Shown: positions 37,430-48,100 of the stretch, in pieces
How the letters are laid out: each line of letters opens with the position of its first letter
Numbering within the stretch: position 1 is the stretch's first letter
NCBI GenBank assembly: GCA_008632985.1
Contig: QPGO01000068.1
Coordinates: 124,001 to 188,000 of the forward strand
Direction: 5' to 3'
DNA: 64,000 nt
DNA from: Psammoneis japonica
Lineage: Eukaryota
Made by a program: the position numbers and the translations under genes
The notes under the pieces: generated by a model
Databases searched by the model: none
The model's input: the letters and a program-made list of their open reading frames with translations, nothing else
Told to the model about the DNA's origin: nothing

Positions 37430-40296
37430 TTGACGGTTTCGAACGCCTCGTCTTCAATGGACGTCCACTCCCACTTGACAGTCTCGCTTACGAGTCGTGC
37501 CAGCGGAGCCAAGACTTCAGAACGTCCAATCCACGTGTCGCGGCAGCAGCTCACCATGCCAATGAATGAACGCAGGTCGCGTTTGTTGGTTGGGGTCGCG
37601 ATTCGCTCAATGGCGTCGACTTCATCAGGTGTTGGTCGTGTTCCGTCTCCATTGACCAGATGACCCAAGCATTCTAATTGGGTTTGACAGAAATGAGATT
37701 CAGTTGCGTCAACTTTTAGCCCTGCTTTCTGGACCCTCAATGAAACTTCTTCAAGTTTGTTGAGGTGATCTTCATGGGTGCCTTTCGTCACGATGAGAAG
37801 GTCATCTAAGTGCGTTTGAACGAACGATGGATCTTCAAACAAGCCTGACATGCGTTCTTGGAAAATGTCTGGCGAATTGCATGATCCCATGGGCAATGCC
37901 TGCATCTCACACTTGCCCCACGGGAAGATGAGCGTGCAGAGCTTCTCACCATCAGTGTCCAATCGTACATGATAATAGCCCATGTTTAAATGCAGCGATG
38001 TAGCCCACATAAAGCCTTCGAGCTTAAGTAGCACATCTTGGATATGAGGAATCGCATAAGGCAATCGCTTGATCCGTTTATCCAGCTCTCTGAAATCATT
38101 AATAAAGCGTACCGTTAAATCTTTCTTCGGTATGATAAATGATGGAGCTGCCCATTGGGATCGGTTAACGCGTTTGAGAACACCGATACGTACTAGGCGT
38201 TCTACTTCTTTACGTAGCGTAGCTTCGTACGCACGAGGTACTTTATACGGACGAGCGTGGTATGGTTCTACACCCTCCTTGAGTTGGATATGGTAGGGTT
38301 CTCCCTTCCATTCTCCTAATGTCCCATCAAATAAGGACTCATGGCGTCTCAATAGTGCCAAAAGGTCGTTTTGTTGAACTATAGAAAGTCCTATTGTCCC
38401 TCGCGTTATGTCCTCGAGGCAGGCCGGCGCGTACTTAGCGTCTAAAATACGCGAAATCCGGTCGGTTTCCGAAGATAAGGCTTCTGGATCTTGAAGATAG
38501 AAGGAGGTTTCCACCGTAGCATCTACGTGCCTCATTGGTACTTCTCCATTGACTAATGGCCACTCTATCATCTGTTTAGAGAAGACAATATCAATGCCTT
38601 GCGTCTCCAGAATGTCACGTCCAATAATCATATCGTACTTGCCCAACTTTCCGTTGTGTACGTGGACGGTATGTTTAAGTTCTGCAGTTTCGCATAATTC
38701 TGGTAACCAAAATTTAACGGTACAGTCGTTAGACGTACTGAACGAGCCTGCTACCGTAGTCCAGTTTGTCTCAGCCGTTGAATGGCTTCGCAGACGTTTA
38801 CAGTATCGACTATCGAGAAGAGTACTGCTGGCGCCACTATCTAGTAGTGCCTTAATAGTTTGAGTCTTGCCCTTGCAATGTTTAGTATTCATAGCTATAA
38901 ACAAGATTGGAGTAAGATGAGTCTTTTTCACTCGTTTACGGGATTGGCCTACAACACGTGTACGATGGTAATTTAGTTGTTCATTTATACATTCATCAAA
39001 TGTATTAAAACTACCTGTGTCGTGTCGGCCCCCTTCTCAGGCGTCCGAGTCTTCGGAATCACTTAAGTTGAGGTCGCGGAAGTGATTGAGCTCCTCCTCG
39101 CGTGCCTTACGCTTTTTCTGGGCGTTGGCAAAGAACTCCTCGACCTTCGATCCGATGAGAGCATTAACATCTTCCTCATTCTGAGGTTTTGCACTAGGCT
39201 TGCTGCCTCCATCATTGGAATGTCCAGTCTTGACACGTTTCACGTGGTGCTTGAGCTGACGGCAGTCCTCCGCATGGTGTCCACAGCCAGTCCCGTGCAG
39301 CACACACGACTTCTGGGTGTTCCGTTGGGTCGTGATCAACGACTCAGGATTGTCCGTTCTACGTCCCCGCTTGCGTGGAACCTTAGCATGTTGGTCCTGG
39401 TTACCTTCGGCAAGCTCGACCTGCTCGATGCGCTCGCAGAACTGCACAAATTCGGCGACAGCATGCGCCAACGGGTCAAAATTCTGCAACGTCATGAACT
39501 TCTGCCATGCGTTTGGCACACCGTGCTCGAACACATCGCACAGTTCGTCATCAGGTGATGGTGCCAGTGTTTCTCCATCCTCCATCATGGGTGGAAACTG
39601 AGAGACACAGCCGTTAATTTCAACAGCCCTCGCCACGCAGTCACGAGTGGAAACCTCCGCGGGCTTGTGTGTGAAGCGCCGCAGATGACGCTTCTGCAAT
39701 GGTGCCGCCCCATGTGGGAAGATACTTTCCTTTAGCTTTGCGACGCATGCTGCACACGTGGCGTTGGTTTGGGATGCCTGCTTGTCAGCGGCATTGTCAA
39801 ATGACGTCAGAGCATCGCTCTGCAGCAGGTCACGCACAAGGGCAAATTTTGCTGGCCCGGTCATGATGTTTTGTCCTTCGTGCACGCGATCCACGTTGCG
39901 CAGAAAGATTGGGAGTGTCTCGCATGTAGCCGCAGAAAGGTGCGGAATGCCCATCTCGTGTGTTGGACCATCTGGATCAGTGGGGTTGTTGCGCAGCTTG
40001 AACGTCTGGCACTCGCCCTGCTGCAGCTCTTTCTTCTCCGGCCGTGCGAACGGAATCGGCGGCTCAACCCGCTTCTTCATGGTCGTTTTAAGATTTGTCG
40101 GTCCTGCCAACATTTCGTAGTTTCGTTTCTGTAGATTTTGTCACCTCGCACAACATGCGGGAGTGACATTGCTGTGCCCTGTGTGTGTGCCAGGCGCTGA
40201 AAAAGAAGATGTGTCACGACTTTGTCGTTGTGAAAATTGTGAGCTAGTTCAGAGCAGAGAAAATGGGATCGTGCAAATGGGGAATCTTGCCAAATC

Positions 40297-40724
40297 CAGC
40301 GTTGTAAAATCGTCAACTTTCTCCCAACAATCACGGATTGCAACCATCGATTGCGTGCGGCTTCGCAGCAATCGAAAGATCGCAATGCACGCGCGCTTGC
40401 CACGTGTGACAATCGATTGCAATCGCGATCGCGATTGGCCACCGCGCGGAATTCGTGCGCCCCACGCAGGGGCGCCCTCTGCGCAAGAACGCATTTTTCG
40501 TGAATGTGTGCCACGTTTCGGTCAATTTTTAGTCCCGTGTGCGATGAAAATCCCGATTCACGACTGAATTTTAGACACGAATCGATCGCGATCGATCGCG
40601 AACACGATTGCGATCTTTGTGACCAGCGCCAGACAAACAATCAGCAGATTGCAATCGTTTCAATCGCGATCCGCAATCGAGTTGCAAACAAGATTGCAAT
40701 CGAGTTAGCGATTTTATGACGCTG
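40297..40724. mobile_element. hAT-type MITE inserted in an LTR
   Basis: 8-bp TSD gccaaatc; TIRs cagcgttgtaaaatcg / cgattttatgacgctg; CpG-rich subterminal cgat repeats. Confidence 0.85.
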
Positions 40725-43700
40725 GCCAAATCCCTGTTCGTTCGCATTTGGATCGCGTCAAATCGATCGTGCGTTCGCATTGTGGATCGTGCGAATCAAG
40801 CCATCACGTGCCATGCACGAGTGATGTCATCATGTGGAATCACGTTGCCATCGTGGGCCAGACGACGGGCTGGTGTGCTTCACACGGATGCTCTCTTGGC
40901 ATCCTTCTGGAATTGCCTGAGACCTGGAGCCATGCCCTCCTGTGGTCATGCTTCCCAGGCGCGTGTCAACAATGCTGCGTTGCCACGCACAAGAGGCTTG
41001 TGCACGGTCTCGCTGTGTTGTCCATTGGTGAGGCACACTGCAGCTGCTGCGGAGAGGATGCCACTCCATGGGTCATCTTCGTCCAGTTCCATGTCCTGCA
41101 CTGAAAAGGAACGCACCATGTCACCAAGTGTCTGGCGCACACGTTCCACTGTGGCATTCGCCTGTGGATTCCGCTTGCTTGTGGGTTTCTTCAAAATCCC
41201 ACAGTCATTTTTAATCATCTGGCTAAATTCTGCCACAAATTCTGTCCCACGGTCACAAACCACCTGGGTTGGCCACGGACATCTGCATGGCCACGTTTGT
41301 TCTACGACGTTTGCCACGACGTCTGTGCGTTTCGCAGACACTTCTTCAATCTTGAACCACCCGGTTGCTGGGTCAATCATTGTGACTGCCCACAATTGCA
41401 AAGTGTCCTTTCCGTGTCTTTGAATTTTATGTGGCCCTGTCGTGTCCATGCATGGAGTCTCCCATGGAATTATCTCGGTGACCTTTTCTGGCAGCTTCCC
41501 ACAACGCTGCGTTCGGCATTTGTTTCTGACATCGATCGCACTCAACGCACGTAGAATGCACCGCAGACCTCATGCCAGGCCAACAGAAGTGCTGGGCAAT
41601 GGACATTTCCGCACGTGTCTCACCTGGATGACACAGTGTCTCGTGGTGCCATGCAGTTGGCGGAACCTGCAATGACTGTGGTGCTGCGATTTTGTCCTTA
41701 TGACAGATTGACTGTCATGATGACCCTCCCCCACGACATGCGCGAATGGAGCAGTTGGACGAGTCCTCAGCTCGTGAGAGCAGGCGCTTGTCCTTTTGTT
41801 GTTCTTTTTGAATGCGCTTGAAGCTAACAGGCAGAGATGCATCGTCTTGCGCATCTGCATTAAAAGCTTCATGCAAAGGACGACTCGATGGAGTGTCTTT
41901 TGCATCGGATTGGCCTCGGAAGGCAAGCTGGGTGCCAGCCGAAGGCGACCAAGAGCATCAGCGACTGGGTTGTGGGTGCCCTTGACATGGCGTAATTCGG
42001 GACCGCATTCTTCGCACATCAACCGCCAGTGCATGATGCGCTCGGCATTGAGTGCTTTGCATGTAAGATTTTCATGACCAGCACATGTGAGCACACGATG
42101 ACCAAGGAGAATTGTTCGAAATTCTTTCAACGTCTCCACAATGGCGGGTGATTCTCTCTCCGTTGTTGCACAATTTAATTGCGCACTGTCAAGCTTTCTG
42201 CTGTAAAAGGCGATGGGTTTATTGTCTTGGGACACAACTGCTCCCAATTGACATTTAGAGGCATCGGTGTGTGTCTCAAAGGGTTTGTTTAAATCAGGAT
42301 GTGACAACAAAACATCATCCGATGTTGCCCATTTGACGGTTTCGAACGCCTCGTCTTCAACGGACATCCACTCCCACTTGACAGTCTCGCTTGTGAGTCG
42401 TGTCAGCGGAGCCAAGACTTCAGAATGTCTGATCCACGCATCACGGCAGTGGTTCACCATGCCAATGAATGACCGCAGGTTGCGTTCATTGGTTGGGGTC
42501 ACGATTCGCTTGATGGCGTCGAATTTATCAGGCATTGGTCACATTCCGTCTCTGTTGACCAGATGACCCAAGCACTCTAATTGGGTTTGACAGAAGTGAG
42601 ATTTAGTTGCGTCAACTTTTAGTCCTGCTTTCTGGACCCTCAACAAAACTTCTTCAAGTTTGTTGAGGTGATCTTCGTGGGTGCCTTTCGTCACGACGAG
42701 AAGGTCATCCAAGCACGTTCGAACGAACGACAGATCTTCAAACAAGCCCGACATGCGCCCTTGGAAAATGTCTGGCAAATTGCACAACCCCATGGGCAAC
42801 ACCTGCATCTCACACTTGCCCCACGGGAAGATGAGCGTGCAGAGCTTCTTGCTGTCAGCATGATCGGATGTGACAACAGCCCATGTTTAAATCCAGCGAT
42901 GTGGCCCACATGAAGCCTTCAAGCTTGAGCAGCACATCTTGGGTGTGAGGAATCGGAGAGGCAATCGCTTGATCTGTTTATTCAGCTCTCTCAAATCATC
43001 AACAAAGCGCACCGTTAAGTCTTTCTTCGGCATGACAAATGATGGAGCTGCCCATTGGGATTGGTCAACGCGTTTGAGAACACCGACACGTGCCAGGCGT
43101 TCTACTTCTTTGTGCAGTGTAGCTTCGTGCGCACGAGGTGCTTTACACGGACGAGCGTGGTGTGGTTCTGCACCCTCCTTGAGTTGGATGTGGCAGGGTT
43201 CTCCCTTCCATTCTCCCAATGTCCCATCAAACAAGGACTCGTGGCATTTCAACAGTGCCAAAAGGTCATTTTGTTGAACTGTAGAAAGTCCCACTGTCCC
43301 TCGTGTTATGTCCTCGAGGCAGGCCGGCGCGCACTTGGCGTCCAAAATGCGTGAAATCCAGTCGGTTTCCGAACACAAGGCTTCTGAATCTTGAAGATAG
43401 AAGGAGGTTTCTACCACAGCATCTGCGTGCCTCATTGGCACTTCTCCATTGACCAATGGCCACTCTGTCATCTGTTTGGAGAAGACAACATCAATGCCTT
43501 GTGTCTCCAGAATGTCACGTCCAACAATCACATCGCACTTGCCCAACTTTCCGTTGTGCACGTGGACGGCATGTTTAAGTTCTCCAGTTTCGGATGATTC
43601 TGGCAACCGACATTTAACGGTGCAGTCGTTAGACGCACTGAACGAGCCTGCTGCCGTAGTCCAGTTTGTCTCAGCCGTTGAACGGCTTCGCAGACGCTTG

Positions 43701-44608
43701 CAGCATCGACTGTCGAGCAGAGCACTGCACTGCTGGCGCCACCATCTGGCAGTGCCTCAATGGTTTGAGTCTTGCCCTTGCCATGTTCAGTGTTCACAGC
43801 TGCAAACAAGATTGGAGCAAGATGAGTCTTTTTAACTCGTTTGCGGGATTGGCCTGCAACACGTGTACGATGGTAATTCAGTTGTTCATTGACACATTCA
43901 CCCAATGCATTAAAACTGCCTGTGTCGTGTCGGCCCCCTTCTCCGGTGTCCGAATCTTCGGAATCACTTGAGTTGAGGTCGCGGAAGTGATTGAGCTCCT
44001 CCTCGCGTGCCTTGCGCTTTTTCTGAGCGTTGGCAAAGAACTCCTCGACCTTCGATCCGATGAGAGCATCAATGTCTTCCTCATTCCGAGGTTTTGCATT
44101 GGGCTTGCTGCCTCTGTTGTTGGAATGTCCAGTCTTGACATGTTTCACGTGGTGCTTGAGCTGACGGCAATCCTCCGCATGATGTCCACAGTTAGTCCCG
44201 TGCAGCATGCACGACTTCTGGGTGTTCCATTGGGTCGTGATCAACGACTCAGGATTGTCCGTTGTACGTCCCCGCTTGTGTGGAATCTTAGCATGTTGGT
44301 CCAGGTTACCTTCGGCAAGCTCGACCTGCTCGATGCGCTCGCAGAACTGTGCAAATTCGGCGATGGCATGCGCCAACGGGTCAAAATTCTGTAACGTCAT
44401 GAACTTCTGCCATGCATTCGGCACACCGCACTCGAACATGTCGCACAGTTGTCATCAGGTGATGGTGCCGGTGCTTCTCCATCCTCCGTCACGGGTGGAA
44501 ACTGAGAGATGTGGCCGTTAATTTCAACAGCCCTCGCGACACAGTCACGAGCAGAAACCTCTGCGGGCTTGCGCATGAAGCGCCTCAGATGACGCTTCTG
44601 CAACAGCA

Positions 44609-45127
44609 TGAGGCTACGACCAGCACAATGTGCAACATAGAACATTCAGAACCACACATGTTTCATTTGAATGCATGTCAAATGTCTGAATGATCGGCAC
44701 ATAAAATGACTGCACATGACTCCTGGTGTAGAATTTGTGCCAGTCTACGTGCTTAAAGCTCTGTGAACTGAGGTGCAACAAAAATGACTTACATTGGGTG
44801 AGTTCAAATGTCGGAGCCGCCAAAATCGACCGAGACGCCGGCCACGTCTTTTGACAAAACAAAGCACTTGAATGTGTTGTGTGAAGCAGTCAGAGTTGAA
44901 AAAGCAATGTCAAAATTTGAGAACTGATTTGAGTGGCAAACATTGTCAAATTCTTCTAATTGTTTTTGACAGTGTCGGTTTTTGAGTGCAAATTGCACGG
45001 GTTGCATCTGCAAAAACACCCCAATCATTTGCCAAAAACCATCATCGTTAAATGTCGATGTGCAAAACTTGCAATGCCGGTGTTCGGGACGTTTTTTACA
45101 GTTCACATTGTGCCAGTCGTAACTCCA
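44609..45127. mobile_element. TA-targeted (Tc1/mariner-type) MITE inserted in gag
   Basis: TIRs tgaggctacgaccagcacaatgtg / cacattgtgccagtcgtaactcca; flanks CA and TG reconstruct to a TA TSD; a related end occurs at ~52825-52920. Confidence 0.75.
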
Positions 45128-48100
45128 TGCTGCCCCATGTGGGAAGATGCTTTCCTTTAGCTTCCCGATGCATGCTGTGTACGTGGCGTTGGTTTGGGAT
45201 GCCTGCTTGTCAGCGGCATTGTTGAATGACGTCAGAGCATCGCCCTGCAGCAGGTCATGCATGAGGGCAAATTTCGCTGGCCTGGTCGTCATGTTTTGTC
45301 CTTCGTGCACGCGATCCACGTTGCGTAGAAAGATCAGGAGTGTCTCACATGCAGCCGTGGAAAGGTGCGGGATGCCCATCTCGTGCGTTGGACTGTCCGG
45401 ATCAGCGGGGTTGTTGCGCAGTTTAAATGTCTGGCACTCACCCTGCTGCAGCTCTTTCTTCTCCGGCCATGCGAACGGAATCGGCAGCTCAATCCGCTTC
45501 TTCATGGTCGTTTTGAGATTTGTCAGTCCTGCCAACATTTCGTAGTTTCGTTTCTGCAGATTTCGTTGCCTCGCACAACATGCGGGAGCAATGTCACTGT
45601 GCCCCATGTGTGTGCCAGGCGCTGAAAAAGAAGATGTGTTGCGACTTTGTCGTTGTGAAAATTGTGAGCTGGTTTAGAGTGGAGAAAGTGGGATCGTGCG
45701 AATGGGGAATCTTGCCAAATCCCCATTCGTTCGCATTTGGATCGCATCAAATCGATCGTGTGTTCGCATTGTGGATCGTGCGAATCAAGCCATCACGTGC
45801 TTTGCACGAGTGATGTCATCGTGTGGAATCACGCTGCCATCGTGGGCCAGACGATGGGCTGGTGTGCTTCACACGGATGCTCTCTTGGCATCCTTCTGGA
45901 ATTGCCTGAGACCCAGAGCCACGCCCTCCTGTGGTCGTGCTTCCCAGGCACCTGTTAACAACACTGCGTTGCCACGCACAAGAGGCTCATGCACGGTCTC
46001 TCGCCGTGTTGTCCAGCAGCGAGGCATGCTGCACATGGGTTTTGTTCTGTGAGTGCTGCTTTTTTTGCACTCCCCTTCTCTCCACAATCTGCAGCTTGCT
46101 CTTTCTGCATTTTTGGCACTCGGCTTTTGCTCTTGTGTGGACCACCTTTTTCACAATGTTCCTCCACACATGATGCTTCAGCGATGCAATGGCCATTTGT
46201 TTGCTGCTGTTCTCTTGGGCTGTTCTCAAAAAAGATTGTTGCAACACCTCATTTTTCATCACCTTCTCCATGCAGAAGTCAAGTGGTTGCATTTCATGAG
46301 CTCGGGGGGGGGGGGGGGGGCAGTGAGGAGCCAACACTTTGTGCTCTTCCCTGCAATCTTTGCTCAGATTGAAGCAATTTTCAACACAGTTTCATTGCAG
46401 CAGACTGCTCTCATCTCCTCATGTGATTTTCACAAGGCAGGTCATGTTGCACTTGTTGGATGCCAAGTGTGTGGAATGTGCCACACTGCACTTGTTGCCC
46501 CAGTTGCAAATGCAAGCCTTTTTTGCCTTCCTTTTTGTGCCAGTTGCAGCCTTGGTGCCAGGTGCCATTGCACCGCAAATCCACGAATGAAACAAAGTGG
46601 CTCTGATGGTGCTTGCATCCACTCCATTGTCCCATTGATGGCAGCATTGATGTTTGTTGTTCAAGTGTTGTCGCACATTGTGGCATTCAGAAAAATAAAA
46701 AAAATTGAAAAGCTGCTCTGCACCACAAAATTTGGCGTGCAAAAACTCAAAGCCCCTGCAGCCCATGTCTGGTGGGGGCAGCCGGCAACTGATCTGACAC
46801 TGATTGAACAAGGATGAACTGTGTTGAAGCTGATGGTGGGCCCATGCAGGCCTGCCCATCCTGCTGTTCAATTGTGTGTCCATGACAAGACCAAAAGCAC
46901 ACCCGCCTGACAACAATTGCCGCACATTGCTGGACTCCACTTGTTTTTGTTCCCCTCCCCTGAGCCCTTTCAGTCATTCCTTCCTGCAAAATTTCCCTCA
47001 TTTCCCAGGTTTCTCCCAAAAAGGCAAGGTTCCCCTTGTCACACTGGCCATTTTGGGGAATCCTCAAATGGGTGAAACCAAACCAAGCAAAGATGAAGGT
47101 GGGACTTTCTGCCAACTTCTGTGTGCCACATGTGTTTGATGCCAAATCCATGCCAGGGACACATGGAAGTTTGTTTCACTTTCCAACAAAGCCGTCCATG
47201 GTCCTGCACTTTTGTGCATTGACCCGCTGGAGTTTGTGTTGCAATTTTTCAGCAGAATGACTGTTGAGGACAAACAAATGATTGTTTGTGTGTGTGATTG
47301 TTTGGGTCAGTTACAATGTTGCCATTTGACATGAGCATCACATCAGTTGGCAAGCAAGTCTGAATTTTGGTGGTTTGTTTCCATTTTTGAACTGCAAGCA
47401 TTTTTTCCCCACCTTGTCACAGACACAAAATTTTGTCAGGAGGAGCAGACAAATGGAGGCAGTTGGGAAAATCTTGTCTGTGACAGAGACAGACAGAGAC
47501 AAACCAAAAGGATTGATCAAGTGACATCATTGCCTCCACTGTTGCATCATGTAAAATGAGCACTTTCTCTTCTTTCTCCAATGGCGCTGCAGCACACATG
47601 AAGCCATGAAAGACTCAGAACAAGAGCAGCGAATGTGCAGCCACCAAAAATTTCAAAAATGCACTCCCTTTGATGACCAACCTTCTTCACGTCACAATTG
47701 TGCATGGAGCCAGGGCTCCATTCCCAAGGGACTTCAGACACATTGCTGCACAATGTCATTTTGCTGGAAACAAAGACTTGCAGAGAGACAGCAGCTTGTT
47801 GGAATGACCCTGATTTTGGTCCTGTGGATGTTCAGACCAGGAGTGTCAAAGAGCTGAGCATGGAAAATGCCATTTTGTGTGTCTGCCACAGGCAATGTGT
47901 CAGAGCAAAGATTTTCAAGGGCCAGGGCTGTCCTGCTTGATCTTTGCACCATTTTCTTCCTCAGCGCAAATGAGTCAGAAGCAAAACAGTGGAGTGTTTG
48001 TTGTGCAGTGCAACATGGCACAAGGAACCCTGCACTGCAAAATGGGAAAGCAACTTGGACTTGTCTCATGAAGAAATGTCAACAATTGCTTGCCAAGCAA

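Larger units (their letters stand above)
34771..41042 (-). mobile_element. Ty3/Gypsy family B, inner element inserted in the integrase of the outer copy
   Basis: LTRs 34771-35202 and 40175-41042 (the latter interrupted); TSD GCTG at 34767-34770 and 41043-41046; gag 39037-40113, PR/RT 37430-38931, IN ~35240-36231. Confidence 0.9.
33939..46033 (-). mobile_element. Ty3/Gypsy family B, outer element
   Basis: LTRs 33939-34370 and 45600-46033 (TG...CA); 4-bp TSD CATG at 33935-33938 and 46034-46037; PPT at 34371-34380; decayed gag-pol at 41043-45540. Confidence 0.9.
33616..46810. mobile_element. Inverted-repeat-bounded DNA element (~1.1 kb net) hosting the Gypsy B nest
   Basis: atcagtgtcagatcagttgc...gccaaattttgtgg at ~33620-33720 is inverted at ~46720-46805; TSD not resolved. 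Confidence 0.55.

Noticed and set aside
18580..45540. Alternative genetic code (TGY/CAY read as Tyr)
   Set aside because: Neighbouring host genes and the unmutated island use TAY for Tyr normally.
46304..46320. Poly-G run as a functional G-quadruplex
   Set aside because: Isolated homopolymer in decayed repeat DNA; length unreliable.
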